64,000 nucleotides of DNA from Octopus sinensis (lineage: Eukaryota), in NCBI RefSeq assembly GCF_006345805.1, contig NC_042997.1:203484001-203548000 (forward strand). The letters are read 5' to 3'. Position 1 is the first letter of the stretch, and each line of letters begins with the position of its first letter. This document shows positions 26,162 through 40,990 of this stretch, one piece after another. The notes under the pieces were generated by a model, which ran no database searches, was not told where the DNA came from, and saw only the letters and a list, made by a program, of their open reading frames with translations. Both the position numbers and the translations under genes were made by a program.

Positions 26162-27236
26162 CACACACATACACTTTGTTGTAAATGTTCTGGCAGTTTA
26201 CATTGTGGGTTAAAATCCTGTCAAGATCATGACAGTAACACTTTTGATCATGGGTTTGATTTGTTAGATCCACTCTGGGTTGTACAACAACAGCAACATA
26301 ACTAAAATCTTGATCATTGAAACAATACAATGAACAACAGGACATAATTGTAATTTGAATTGGAAAATTCAACATATTTTGACTGATATTTGTTGGACAT
26401 CTTACATCATCATTGTAAAAATATGAAATAATTGGATTTAAATGATAGAAAAATACTAATTTATTCTATCTAATAGTTCAGTATTAACCTATTTAATACA
26501 GAGACATTAAATTGCTAACTAGAAATAATTACATAATGAACAGATAGATAGACAGACTGATAAATAATGTAAATTAGCGTTGATAAAGTTAATGCAAAGA
26601 ATACTGAAAAAAAAAACTAAGCTAAAAATAATTATGTGGATGGGTGGATGGATGGATGGATGAATGAACTGATGATAGGACAGATGGATAGCCAGATGGA
26701 TGGACAGACAGACAGACAGACAAACAGATGGATAATTTAACATATTTAATATACTGAGGAATTTAAAATAGAAGTAAACTAGAAATAATTATGTTGGGAA
26801 TCAGAGTGGGACATAGACACACAGACATATAGTAAAGCTAGTGCTAACATATTTAATATAAAAAGGTATCTAGAAATAATTGTGTAGTGAAATAGATAGC
26901 CAATGTTCGTCATCATTATAATTTAATGTCCATATTCCATGCTGACATGAGTTGAATGGTTCACAACAAGCCAGATGAGTGCATTGAATTTCCATTATCT
27001 GCTTTGGCATGGTTTTTATTGCTGGATGCTCTTCTTAATGCCACACACTTTACAGAGTGTACTGGGTGCTTTTCTTTCATGACACTGACAATAGTGATAA
27101 TATCAAGTAACTCACAAAACAAAACCCCTCAACTAAGAGGGTGTGTAGTATTGAGGGAGGCGAATTTATGCCAGGTGTTGATAGGTTAAAGTATGCAAGA
27201 GGGACAAGAATAAGTGTCTTGCTGTAGAGGAGATAT

Positions 27237-27593
27237 GGAAGCACTTTGATCCGAATCAACGGAACAGCCTGCTCGTGAAATTAACGTGTAAGTGGCTGAG
27301 CACTCCACAGACACGTGCACCCTTAACATAGTTCTCGGGGATATTCAGCGTGACACAGAGAGTGACAAGGCCGGCCCCTTGAAATACAGGTACAACAGAA
27401 ACAGGAAGTAAGAGCGAGAGAAAGTTGTGGTGAAAGAGTACAGCAGGGCTGACCACCATCCCCTGCCGGAGCCTCGTGGAGCTTTTTAGGTGTTTTCGCT
27501 CAATAAACACTCACAACACCCGGTCTGGGAATCGAAACCGCGATCCTATGACCGCGAGTCCGCTGCCCTAACCACTGGGCCATTGCACCTCCA
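27237..27593 (-). mobile_element. Young tRNA-derived SINE (family C variant) with 15-bp TSD
   Basis: TSD CTGTAGAGGAGATAT at 27222-27236 and 27594-27608. Box A TGGCCCAGTGG, box B GTTTCGATTCC; CpGs retained. Confidence 0.92.
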
Positions 27594-28334
27594 CTGTAGA
27601 GGAGATATATGACTACTCCAACAGGAAAGGGAGAAAGAATGGTGGAGACGAGGTGTTAGGACATATCGTTAAGATACAAGAAGGTGAATATAAGAGAAAA
27701 TAGGGACTGAGGAGAGCTGGATGGATAGGTTTGTGGGAGTGTGAAAGGAGATTAAAGATGAAGATAGAGTGAGTGCAGAGAATGGTGAACAAGGGTGGAA
27801 GTGTGGTCAACATTGAATCTTTGTTTGAGGGGAAAGTAAAGAAAAATAGGAATGGATCAGGATGGAGGAATTGTTAGGTGGCAATGCATAAAAGAGGGTG
27901 AGGTAGAGAACAGCAGTGTAATATAACTGTAAATAGATGAGAAATTAGGGAGACCATAAGAAGTGTTGGGGGAGAGAGAAGATACATCCTGATGGGGATC
28001 AGAAGTATATACGGGCAGATATAGTGAGTGACAAAAATGGGGGTAAAGGCTGTTGTTAGGAGAGGATGTTTGAGGAAAAAGGGCATTCAGAGGCAAGTAA
28101 AATGGTAAGGGATGATAGGAGAGTACAGGATGAGTGACAAGGGAAATGGTTCCAAGGAGAGGAATAACTAGTAGCACAAAATCAGGGAGGAGTATGTGCA
28201 GTTCTGCTCTCCTTCTAATTACAGCAGCTGAGGTAACAATGCTATAGTTGGATGGGTGAAGATGTAATGAGTTTTATGAAGATGAGTTGCTGGGAAAGCT
28301 TGACATTTAATACATCAAGGCATTAAAAATCTAA

Positions 28335-28730
28335 CAAGAAATCGAATCAAATCAAATCGAACCAAATCAAAATAGATGAACATCAATGGAATTTGTATCC
28401 TTGTGGTACCAGTGCCGGTGGCACATAAGAAAACCATCCGAACGTGACCGTAGCCAGTACCGCAACGACTGGCCTCCGTGCTGAGGGCACGTAACAAACA
28501 CCATCCGAGCGTGGCCGTCTGCCAGCCTCGTCTGGCACCTGTGTCGGTGGCACATAAAATCACCCACTACACTCTCGGAGTGGTTGGCGTTAGGAAGGGC
28601 ATCCAGCTGTAGAAACACTGCCAGATCTGACTGGCCTGGTGCAGCCTTCGGGCTTGCCAGACCCTAGTTGAACCGTCCAACCCATGCTAGCATGGAAAGC
28701 GGACGTTAAACGATGATGATGATGATGATG
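28335..28730 (+). mobile_element. Young RTE-PHD 3' fragment with three UTR modules
   Basis: Nearly colinear with 61340-61775; (AAATC)n, modules, 3' end and (GAT)n tail. Confidence 0.88.
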
Positions 28731-29605
28731 AAATAAATTTGTGGTAAGGAAAACCTATATCATTAGTTGATGGCTAATAATATTTTCAGTGAAGGCACAT
28801 GGCCAACTGATTTGGTTATTTGACACATGATTGTATGATTGTGAATTCAATTCATAGGTTGGGCAGTGCATTGTGTGCTTCAGCAAGAACTTTATTTCAC
28901 ATTACTCAAGCCTACTCAGTTGTAAATGAGAACTAGTTGATTACTGAAGCAGCCTCCTCTCCCTCCAACTATCACTTCCTGGATGTTCCTTTGGGTTAAG
29001 AGTACAGGATCAAGAGGGTGCTATGTCTGCTCATCAACATAAATGACTCTTCTATTATACTACTCAGATAACTTTTGCTAAAGTCAGTTTAATCGTCATC
29101 ATCATCATTTTTGTCATTGTCATCATCATTGTTGTTATCATCATCATTGTCGTTGTCATCATCATTGTCATCGACATCATCATCATCATTATTTAATGTC
29201 TAAGTGTTCCAGGCGAAATTAGTTTTAATTTGACAAGATCTGATGAGGCAGAGGACTGTGTCATGCACAAATTTCTACTTTGGCATAATTTCTATGGTCA
29301 GAGAGGGTTGGAGTGATGACCAGTGGGGAGTACATAAAAATAAAAAATAATGGTGATCAGGTATTTAGGTGGACCATCAAGGTGAGAAGAAGTGAATGGG
29401 GACTGAAGAGCTGAAAGTGGGGTTGAGTAGAGGTTGCAAAAATGTGTGTGGTAGAATGAGAGATGGGGATGAGGAGGGTGAGTATAATGGATGAAGAACA
29501 AGTGCTGAGGGGTGGATGTAGTGAATGTTGGATAAGGGATGGTAGGGTACAAATAATGCATAGGAAGTGAAGAACAGTAAAATAGTATGATAATACAGTA
29601 GACAG

Positions 29606-29828
29606 GGCAGCTAGCTGGCAGAATCGTTAGCATGCTGGGCAAAATGCTTAGCAGTATTTTGTCTGCTATTACATTCTGAGTTCAAATTCTGCCGAGGTCA
29701 ACTTTACCTTTCGTCTTTTTGGGGGTTGTTTAAATAAGTACCAGTTATGCACTGGGGTCAATGTAATTGACTTAATCCCTTTGTTTATCCCCTCTATGTT
29801 TAGCCCCACTGTGGACAATAAAGAAATA
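29606..29828 (+). mobile_element. SINE family A with 14-bp TSD
   Basis: TSD AATACAGTAGACAG at 29592-29605 and 29829-29842. Confidence 0.9.
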
Positions 29829-31227
29829 AATACAGTAGACAGAGAGACAGAGAGATAACATGTAGTTGGGTAGGTTACAAGAGTGTGGGAGTAGAAAGTG
29901 GCAAGTATAGCACATGGAGACAATGAGAGAGATATAGTGGTGGAGAAGGGGGGATACTTTGGTACCTCAGCAGGAGTGTTATCACTGCAAAATGTGGGTG
30001 GAGAGGAGAGTATTAAAGATGAAGACTGATATAAAATGAAATGGTTCTAGGTTGTGAGAGAGATTAGTGGTATCAAGGAAAAACTACAGTTAGAAACGTG
30101 ATGAGTGGTGAGGAAGTCTGAAACAAAATCTGAAAGATGACTACAGCATTCATCAGAGTTTTCTTATAAACACTCTGATGATATCACTGACAATGCAATC
30201 ATTGGAAACAGAAACTCTGTTGAAGGGTGAGTATGAAGTAAACTTCCTTCTAAATGTTGCAACTTAGTAGACTTTCAGTCTGACTATGAAATCTGTCAAA
30301 ATTATCTGACAGTTATAAAATAGTCCATTAGGTTATCATTGATTTTCATCATTTGAAATATAACCAATCTCCAACCAGCTTAGGCTGATTGGTCGTTCTG
30401 AGAAGGAACTACACTGTAATATATATATATGTTTACATACAAATACATGTAAGTATGCTGTGTATTGAACTGCCTATATTAGAATAAAGGAAACTTGATG
30501 TATGTATAATATACGTATATATATATATATGTATATATATAAACATACACATGTGTCTGTGTGTGTACATACAGATATATGTATATATTTATATTTATAC
30601 ACACACACACAGAAACATGTAGATATATATATAGAAATATATATATATATATAAGCCAAGTTTCCTTTTATTATTCTGCTGTTACACTATATTAATGTTG
30701 TAACTAGTTTAATTATGCTTCCTATTGATCACAACTTGTGGTCTAGAATGATAAGCTTTTGCAATATTGTTGTTATTTTTTGTCTTTTCTATATAAAAGG
30801 CTTTTACTGCTCTTTATATCTGTCCTTATTTTGGATTGAGGATTTTCCATTTAATTTTTGCTAAGCCAAATAAACAGGTTTTCTGCACAACACCTCAGAC
30901 TAGGGCCCAGTTTTCCAAAGCTTGCTCTTAAATTTTTCGTCATAGTTCCTAAGACCTAAATGATAACTGCTAGAATCATATTATTTACTTCTTTGTTCCA
31001 GCATCAGAGCATTTTATTCTACAATTTGCAATTATACTTTGATTATTCTGTTATTTTGCTTTTTCTAGACTCAGGTATTAGATGGGGATTTCCACATTGA
31101 TTACAAACCATACTTTCTTTTTCTTTTTCATCATCATCATCATCATAATTATTATTAAAATTATTATTTAGACAACAAGCTATCAGAATCATTAATGTAT
31201 TAAGCAAAATACACACCAGCATTTCTT

Positions 31228-31730
31228 CTGGCTGATCAATAAGTATCCAGACTGTTGCCATAGTAATGAAGCTAAAATATACAGTGAAGCCGTTTGGCAC
31301 AGATTAACCTTGAACTCTGCTCTACATGCATACTAAATTTTAACATTCTAACTTACTTCTGCTGTTTACAGCAGTGCTTGGAAGGAAGGTGTGTAGCGTG
31401 TGATCATCACATTGACCATGACAGAGAAAGTGGAGCAGAGAATCTGCATCAAATTTTGCCAAAAGGTTGGTGGTACCTGCTCAGAGGCCTATGCAAAGTT
31501 TTCAAAAAGTTTTCATTGTTCTCGATACAATCATGGAGATTTTATGCAACTGAAATCTGAATGTCTTTTTGGTCAGCCGAAAGCAGTTTTGGCACAAACT
31601 TGGCAGACATGCATCTCGTGCCCAAAACTTCAGTGATAATGGACTGACCTGAACCATAACTAATCTGCACATCCTCTGATAACTCACAGATGGTGAGTTA
31701 TCCGTGGTAGTAATATCCATGATATTACTA
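31228..31730 (+). mobile_element. mariner 5' fragment (N-terminal HTH), rearranged
   Basis: TIR-like GGCTGATCAATAAGTATCCAGACT; MTEKVEQRICIKFCQKVG. Confidence 0.75.
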
Positions 31731-32539
31731 TTCCTCTTCCCCTCTCCTCTATCTCTTTCCTAACTCTCCACCACCACCACCACATCCAACACTTCCCTCT
31801 GTTATTCTTTCCTCTAACATCTTCTCTCAATATAACTGTTCCATGCATCATGAAGGTCCCTTGTGAGCTTTAAAGGGGACTACATCAGTGCTGGCTCCAC
31901 AAAAATGCTCTCAGTACACTCTGTAAAGTGGTTGTTGTTAGGAAGAGTATCCATGAAGACATCAGGTCAAAATTGAGACATCAACATCATCATCATCAAT
32001 ATATGTCCCCTTTCCATGCTGGCATGGGTTGGATGGGTCATCACAATTTGTGTCAGTCCTTGGCCAGACAGAGGGCCACACTTCTTTCATTTGTTATCAT
32101 TTTGGTCTGGTTTCTATGATGAGATGCCCTTTCTATCTCCATATGCTTTACAGAGTATAACTGGTGGAATTTTTTAATGACACCAGCACTAGAGGAAGAA
32201 CAAAGAAGAGAGAGAGACAGAGACAGAGACAGAGAGTGAGTGATTGATTTAGTTTTGGCAAATAAATGGCAAAGCAGATGGGAAATAAATGTTTAAACAC
32301 TTAAGTTTAAATGACAGTAAGTTATTCTTTTATTTCATTACTTTTTATTTATTTCAGTCAATGGAGTGCAGCCATGCTGGGTCACCAGCTTAAAAGCATC
32401 ACTTATTTTAGGTCTAGTACTTTGCGCTGAGTCACTAAGTTACAGGGATGTAAAAAAAACAAAACACTGTTCAGAAGCAGTGAAAGACAAACATGCAAGC
32501 ACACACAGTCACACACACACATACATATCATCACTATCA

Positions 32540-33880
32540 TTATCATCATCATTGTTTAACATCCATTTTCCAAGCTAGCATGGGTTGGACAGTTTGACCG
32601 GAATCTGGAAAGCCAGGAGGCTGCACCAGGCTCCAGTCTGATCTGGCAGTGTTTCTACAGCGAGATGCCCTTCCTAACACCAACCACTTTGTTAGTGTAG
32701 GGGGTGCTTTTTACATGCCACTGGCACAGGGGCCAGAGGAGGCTGGCAATGACCACGATTGGTTGGTGCTTTTTAATGCCACCAGCATGGAAGCCAGTCA
32801 AGGCAGCGCTGGCATCGGCCATGTTCGGATGGTGCTTTTTACATGCCACCGGTATAGGTATCAAAACTACAATTTCCAGTTGATTTTTATTTTGATGTTG
32901 ATGTTGATGTACTTGACTCAATAGGTCTCCTCAAGCACAGCAGGTTGCCCTACGATCCAAGGTACTTTTGAATGGGCTGGGGCTGGTTATGTGAAACTGG
33001 TGTAGGATACAGCCATGAACTCACATTATTTGTCGGGTCTTCACAGTCACAGCATATCTCCAGAGGTCTTGGTCTTTCGTCGTTGTCTCTGTGAGGCCCA
33101 ATGTTCAAAGGTCATGCTTGACCACCTCATCCCATGTCTTCCTGGGTCTAGATCTACCCTAAATTCCTTCAACTGTTTGGGAGTGGCACTTCTTCACACA
33201 TCTCTCCTCATCTATCCGTAGTACATGACCATACCAGCGCAGTCGTTTCTCTTGCATGCCACATCCAATGCTTCTTATGTCCAGCATTTCTCTCAGGGCA
33301 CTTACACTCTGTCGTGTATGCACACTGACATTACACATCCAGCGGATCATGCTAGCTTCATTTCTTTCAAGCCTTCGCATGTCCTCTGCAGTCACAGCCC
33401 ATGTTTCACTACCGTGAAGCATGGCAGTTTGCACACATGTGTCATACAATCTGCCTTTCACTCTTAGCGAGAGACCCTTTGTCATCAGTAGGGATAGGAG
33501 CTTCCTAAACATTGCCCAGACTATTCTTATTCTAGTGGTAACACTCTCTGAGCATCCACCCCCCCGCTACTAACTTGGTCACCTAGGTAACAGAAACTAT
33601 CAACTACTTCTAGTTTCTTCCCCAGGAGTGTAATGGAATCTGTTTTCTGAGTATCAATGGTGTCTATTGCACCTGTGCATCTGCCACACATGAAAGCTAT
33701 CTTCTCGGTTAATTTTCCTTTGATGGTGCTGCACCTCTTGTGTCCATAGCTTACACTGGGTACATATTATGGAGTTTCTACCTACACCTTTTCTGCATAT
33801 CGAGCAGCCCCACCTACTTAAGAGGGTGTGTGATGAGTTTGCCTTCCTACTTACTAGATCTTTGATCTTTGCTACATTGA
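32540..33880 (-). mobile_element. 5'-truncated RTE-PHD LINE
   Basis: CSICRKGVGRNSIICTQCKLW, LHGSETW and RLRWYGHV; three UTR modules and a (GAT)n tail. Confidence 0.92.
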
Positions 33881-34479
33881 CTGAACCCAAAACTACATGA
33901 TTGCAAAGCAAACTTTCTTAGCTGCACCACCATGTCTGTACATGTGAAATAACTTTAAACAGTGTAAAAATGGTATTTTTTTTTTAATCCCAGGTTGGTT
34001 GCGATCAAACAGACCTCTGATCAAAGCATGTTGGCCATGACTATCCAACCTTTCAATGTATAGGACTACAATCTTCAATGTGTCCTTATCTTTTTAAGAT
34101 GCTAGGGTCTGATGTGAAGGAGATTTGGCTACTATTTCTTGCAGTTCGTGCAACCACATAGAGATAGAGGCTTTTTCTTGGCTCATTGAATAGCATGTTG
34201 TGAGTCTATTTAATCTTATTTATGACAGGAAAAGTAGTTAGATCCAAAATACCGAGAAGACATGCAACTATTTGAAGATGTGGAGCTGTTGAAAAGTATG
34301 TTACCATGGAAGAATAGATGGGAAGCAAAAGAAAAAGAGAGATAGAATGTGAGGGGGAGGGAGAGAAAGAGAGGAAAAATATTAAGAAGTGAAAGAGAGT
34401 GTGAGAACAAGCAACTGTGTGTATGCATGTAGGTTTATAAAAATGTGCGTGTATTGTCATAGACATCATCAGCCATTAC

Positions 34480-34920
34480 ATTTGTCATTGTCATCATTGT
34501 TTTCAACATCCTCCAGCACATCATTGTCGTCGTCATCATCATCATCTTCTTCATCATCAGTCTTCATCATCATCATCGTCATTATCATCCTCATCATCAT
34601 CTTCATCATCAGTCTTCATCATCATCATCGTCATTATCATCCTCATCATCATCATCATCATCATCATTATTATCATCATCATCATCACCATTATACGCAT
34701 CATTGTACTCATCCTCTTCCTTATTATCATTGTTGTCATTAGTAGCAACATTATCTTTCTTATCATCATCCCTTTAATCATCATCATCATCATCCTCATT
34801 GTCGTTGTCATCCTCACCATTATCATTATTGTTGTCGTCTTCATTGCTGTCCTTTTCATCATCATCATCATCATCATCATCACCTTTGTCATCATCACTA
34901 TTGTCATCTTCATTATTCTC
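34480..34920. repeat. (CAT)n-rich low-complexity tract
   Basis: Seen directly in the sequence. Confidence 0.95.
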
Positions 34921-35261
34921 ACTTAAAATGTCACCTCTTACAAGTTTCTCATGGCTTGTACAGGGACTGAAACCCACTTTAATCCCAATTGTCTTATTAA
35001 TATATCATCACCTCTTTGACACCCAATGTTTTCAGTTTTGACTTCACAATTCCACCTGCTCACCCACCCCAACATTTCCTCCATGGTCTTCCTTGCTATA
35101 AGTACTTCCTCTCTCAACACATATCTCTTTCCTCCATTCACATTACAAATCAGTAATTATCAGAGATTAATACAGATAGAATTGTGGAATGATGAGGTAG
35201 GAGAGTTAAAATAGAAAGTTTCCCAGGAAAATATAATATAGAAAGTAGATGTAATGAAAAA

Positions 35262-35412
35262 AATGTGGCTGTTGGTTAAGATATTTGTCTCCATACTACA
35301 TGGTTTCAAGTTCAGTCCCACGGTGTGACAGCTTGGACAAGTTTCTTCTACAATAGCTCTAAGCCAACCAAAGCTTTATGGGGGATTTGGTAGACAGAAA
35401 CTGAAAGAAATC

Positions 35413-35490
<78 letters not shown>

Positions 35491-35790
35491 CGTAGCAGAG
35501 ATGACCTGTACTTTACAATAGAAGTGCTAAAACTGGTCCCTCTAGTGGTGAATAACGCTCATTGTGTTGCCATGTAAAAGCACCTATGTGGTACCACATA
35601 AAAGCACCCAGCACACTCAGTAAAGTGGTTGGCATTAAGAAGGGCATCCAGCAGCAGAAACTATGCCAAATCAGACTGGAGTCTGGTGCAGCTCCCCAGC
35701 TCTGGTCAAACCATCCAACCCATGCCAGCATGAACAACAGATGTTAAATGATGATGATGACGATGATGATGACGATGATGATGATGATGA
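35262..35790 (+). mobile_element. SINE family B head, (TG)n, and RTE-PHD 3' end
   Basis: GATTTGGTAGACAGAAACTG; GGCATTAAGAAGGGCATCCAGC followed by (GAT)n. Confidence 0.75.
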
Positions 35791-38700
35791 CAACAAGAAT
35801 AAGAACGGAGAAACTCGCATCTTTAAGTGGAGATTTCACCATACATTACCAATGATCGTTTCTATTGTACAAGCATATTTAGATACAGAAAAAGGCATAA
35901 CATACCAGTCAAATTAATATATCCGAAAATATATGCTAACATAACATTATCAAGGCAATCCAAACTTGGTTAAATTCAAAGTGAACTAAGAAAATATCTC
36001 TAATAGATGAACACGTACATAAAGAACATTAAGAAGAAATATATATTCTATGAAAAGCCAGTTTAGTATTTAACCTTTGATGATGTCAGTAGATAATGAA
36101 AGAATAAAAAAATAAACATAGAAGTTCTATACCACAACAATTAGAAATATAAAATCTATATCACAACAATTAGTTATCTATCCATTAAATATGACAAAAA
36201 AGTTATAGAAATATTATTAATATTAGAAAGCAATAATAATTGATGGATTATTTGGTATTGAAATATTGAAATGTTCTTCTATATTTGTGAGAACATTTCA
36301 ATGTAGAATTGCCTTTACAATTCAATATTACTAATTTAGAAGTAATTATATAATACATTTCCTCGAGGCAAAGATCACATTTAAAATTACAAGTAGTGTA
36401 CGATAGATGTGCATACACACACAAACATACACATATCTGGCCAGTTATAGTGTATAACTGGCCAGAATATCACCATTGGTTTTTCACCAACTAATCCACT
36501 TAGGAAATGATGGCTCTTCCAACAAGCTGGTTGGAAGTGCCTATTACTTATATTGCGTTGGGTTTTTTGTTACAACTTATGGACAACTAACTCTATATAT
36601 ATACAAATGTGCACATTCATACTTGTTTGTGTGTGTGCATGTGTGTGTGTGTGTGAATGTAAGCTTGTGTATGTTTGTGTTTCCTTGTCGGGGTATCATG
36701 AAAATGATTATTACTGTCACACAGGCAGTGTCATTTATTTCCAGTATTCTATAAAAACACGTTAAGCCATGAGAAAATATTACTTTACTTGAAACCAGGT
36801 AAGTGTTGGTGACAAGAGCAGTATCCAGTTGTACAATATCTGTCTCAATAAACCTTGTCTGACCCATGCAAAAAATGATAAATTGGCTGTTACAATGATA
36901 ATGATAATGATGATGATGCTGATGATGATGATGATGATGACTGGAGGAAATGGTAAAGAACAGGAAGAATTGGTTAAAAGAAAAGACTTTTAAAGAAATT
37001 ATCTCACCATAAAACGAAGAAAAGAATTAGATATGAATAGATGAATTCACATTTGAAAGTTTTTTCCCCAAATGTTAAAATACAAAATTGAATTTCTCCA
37101 AGACATTCATTTAGAATTAAATGGCATCGTGCATTTATGATTGTTTGTTCAAATACCATTCTCACTTTGCTTTAAGTTCACTGCTAAATATTTTTTTGCA
37201 TATGTGTGTGCTTCTTAAATATTGTCAACATATACATGCCATAAAGATAAATGCTATATTTAAATTTGATTTTTTTTAAGAAATTTTCTTGCCGTTATTA
37301 AATTTCAACTTTCTCTTGATTTTCCTCTGGGTTTGTATTCTTAAAAATGAACATGCTATCCATCACTACAGGGAAATATAACAATAATGTGTTGAAATGA
37401 TAGAACGTAAATCAATTTTATTCATTGATTTATTCTTCTTTCTTTTTCTTTTCAAAGTATTATACCATTTTAACTTTTTGTTGAATTAAAAACTAAAAGA
37501 TTTGTCTTCTTTACATCTCTAGGAGATAAAGTTTACTGATGTTTCAATACAAATGAAAATGGATGGTGGAGACATGTTATTTAAAATTTTATTTAAAAAT
37601 TTATCTGAGTTTTAACAGACAAATATATAAGTATTTATGCATTCTTGAAGATGTTAGCACTTACTTTTCTCTTGCAGAAAAATGGTTGGCAAAGAGATCA
37701 AACCAATCATAAATGTTATTTTTTTCTATTTATTTATCTTATGCACAAAGGTAATGGATTGACAGAATCATTAGAGTATCAGAAAATATACCTCATGGTA
37801 CTTCTTCACCTCTTTACATTCTGAGTTCAAATCCCACCAAGGTTAACTTTGCATTTCATCCTTTCAGAGTCAATCAAATAAAATAAGTCTCCTCTCTTCT
37901 AATTTGCTGCATCGGCCTTTGCCTTTCTCTTGGGTAACATCGGCAGCATGGAAAGGGGAGGCTGGTATGCATAAACAACCTTGCCTGGACTTGTGCCTCA
38001 GAGTGGAACTCTCAAGGTGCAATCCCATGGCCTTTCTTTCTTTACTTGACTGGTATGTATTTTATCAATCTTAGAAAGGTGGCAATCTTAGAAAGGAGTC
38101 ATAATTAATACTTCTGACTTATAAAATAACTGACAACTAATTCGATCTATAATATTTCTAAAATTAAAAAAATTCAGCGTTTTGGCTATTTGTGAGCAAG
38201 TTTTAGCACCTATAAATAGAAGATGATGTAATGTAATGTTACAATGCATGCACCATCATATTTATTTCACAACTTTGGAGTAAAGAGTAAAGATTGAAGA
38301 GTGAAACTGGCAAAAATCAAGAAGAAAATAGAGAAAAATGCTAAAGTAAGACCCACTAGATCAGATCTGCCAACAATATTCTGCATTGACTATGTCTGGT
38401 TGTGGCAACATCATTGACCTAATGTGAGTGAAGTTTCTCGACTATATTGGGGGATAATATAAAACCTTCCTTCAAGTCATACTTGATTATGAGTGACAGC
38501 TGAAAGAGAGAGAGAAGGGGAGAATGAAAGAGAAAGAAAGTGAAAGAGAGAGAGATAGTATGAGAGAAAAAGAAAAAGAGAAAGAAATTAGCAGTAGGAA
38601 GAGCATTGAGCTATACAACTCAGTTTTATAAACATCAACCAATGAAGTAATTTCCAACCCCACCACCTCAAACTCATTACCCTTGAGAAATGAGTAAATA

Positions 38701-39395
38701 AAAATATATAGAAATATAGTTTATATCAATTTCACATGTAGGTACAGGTGTTGCCATGTGTTCTTGGGTTCAATTGCACTGCATTGTCTTTGGGGCCAAC
38801 CAAATCTTTGTGAATGGATTTAGTAGACAAAAACTGAAAGAAACCAATATATATATATAGAGAGAGAGTAACCATATTTGGTGGTGCTAGGTTGGACTAT
38901 CAGAAAGAATACTCCCATGGAAAGGCTGTCTCCACTATTGAGTTAGTCCTTCACTAACCCCTTTCTGCCATGTGTAGCAGCAAATGCAGCAAACAGGTGT
39001 CACTAAATAAACAATACCACAGTCACCAAACATAGCAGCAACAGCTGCCTACAATCATCCTGTCTGACTATATGCACATGAGAACAAACATAAGATCTGA
39101 TGTTGCTTACAGACCAATAACAATAACACCATTTGATCTGAATTGATCAACGTCTAGAAGTCACCTTGAATCTCTCATTTCCTGTTACTTGATCTTCAAA
39201 TGCTTGACAAGCAAGGTTTATTCCACAAGTCTATGAAACTTTATGTTACAAGGAGGCAAGTCAAACTGATATTAAATACAAAAATGAATGAAATGAGAAA
39301 TAAGGACAGCTTCTAGCATTGCAGAAAGTTTTAAAAACCTTTATATTTCAGCCCCAAAAGTCTATAAGAACAGTCAAAGAAATATTAATATAAGC

Positions 39396-39626
39396 ACACA
39401 GTATTTCGTTATGCAACCATAATTTGCTACAAAGTATATTATACGTCTTTATAAGTCAATACTATGTACTAATGTGTGTTAGCAGTATACTTAAATTACA
39501 TTAAGGTCATCTCTATAGATTTTCTTTAGAAATAATAAGCAGCACTGATTTTGTTATGACGTTTTTGTTATCCAACATGTCGGGCATAAACAATGAGATC
39601 AAAGATGAAAAAATGGTTAACGGGTG
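39396..39626 (+). repeat. Diverged direct repeat of 41462-41687 (flank plus left half of the TTAA MITE)
   Basis: TTATGCAACCATAAT, AAGTCAATAC, TTAAGGTCATCTCTA and AACAATGAGATCAAAGATGAAAAAATGGTTAA are present in both copies. Confidence 0.85.
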
Positions 39627-40369
39627 TGTAGCAGAACTGTTTAACACATTCATTTGATTGTTTTATAACATGGTTTCTGTATATGTTACCTTAGTGTTAT
39701 GAACTAATAACAGTGTGATATAAAATACTATGGAACAGGGCAGACATCAACTGTCTCCACTTGATGTAATCCCAAATACTCTGCCAACAACTGTAACCAA
39801 TCCAAAACAACTCTCAACAAACTATAACAACTTCTCAACAATTTCCTGCAACTCTAATGATCTCATGAATGACACCTTTCGACTTCCTGCAATTTCTCAT
39901 CTCTCTTTCTTTTATAGGCCACACAGAGCCTAATACAGAGGGGACAGAAAAAAAAGGAATGGAAAGGATGAATTAGATAAATGATAAATTAAATGAATCC
40001 GTATGGTCCCACCTCTGAATAAATTCATTTAACCTGTTAATACAACTTTTTAAAACATTATTTGTAACCGTTAACTTTCATCTTTCCAAAGAATGTTTAT
40101 GTTAAATTTCTTTAAAAGTTCAAGATAGCTACCCATTCAGGAATTGTGCTGGTGTCCATTTTCTAGACCTATCACTCAAAGTCCCTCTCATAATCGTTTA
40201 CTCTCGAAAGATATTCTGGGTCTGTCACCGCACACTGAAAGTACTCAGGCAATACTTCTGTTATATTCACTTTTATCACTCTGACCCAAGAGTCTATCTC
40301 ATTATAAAGTTTTTCATTTTGTTTGTTGTACAGTATAACATATTTTTCTTACAGATCAAGGGTGGACAA

Positions 40370-40990
40370 GTTTGGGGCTCCTGTGTGCTCGTGCTTGTCT
40401 TTGTATCAGGTGGAGCATGGAGAGGGTTGGTATCTGTAGGGGGAGGTTGGGGTAGAGTGAGTGTGGGATGGGGTGGGTCATCATTTACAAAGAGTGCTTT
40501 TTACCATCTCTTTCTTCTTTTTTTTCCAACCGTTTCCCATCCATTCTTTTCCTCATTCACTTCTTCCTCAGCTCTGGTACTGGTTTTCATTGGTGGTGAA
40601 GTCATGATTTCCTTCCTGCTTTAGGGTTTCTCTTTAGTTTTCATGGGTGGCAGAGGACAGTCTGCTCTTATGTAGCCTTTCAGGCCACATTCATAGCACT
40701 GCGGGATCCTACCTTCTACTCTGACCCTGAGTGTCAACTTTTCAACCATGTTTTCAAGGTCTTCTGAGGCCACCTGGGTTATCATATCTAGGCTCTGCCC
40801 TGGCCAGTTCTTATGGGGCATTCTGGTGGCCTGGGGGACCACTACCTTCTCTTCCATGCCCAGCAGTACGGCAGCTGCTAGCCAGGCTACATCAATTTCT
40901 GGGGGTACATCTTCTACCCTAACCCTAGAAGCATGCTTCCCAAGGTATATGGGTAGAAGCACCACTTCATCCATGTCTTTGGACCAGCCA
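40370..40990 (-). pseudogene. L1/Tx1-like ORF1 (gag-like) remnant with zinc knuckle
   Basis: RVRVEDVPPEI and RVEGRIPQCYECGLKGYIRADCP (CCHC knuckle with His to Tyr change). Confidence 0.65.

Noticed and set aside
27500-27593. tRNA gene (also other box A/B hits)
   Set aside because: These are SINE heads: no complete acceptor stem, and each is continuous with a SINE body, here with a TSD.
35800-36070. Additional GIY-YIG Penelope fragment
   Set aside because: Only a faint motif (GETRIFKWRF); too decayed to support a call.
37500-37720. Plus-strand exons after acceptor-like sites
   Set aside because: No matching donor, and early stop codons.
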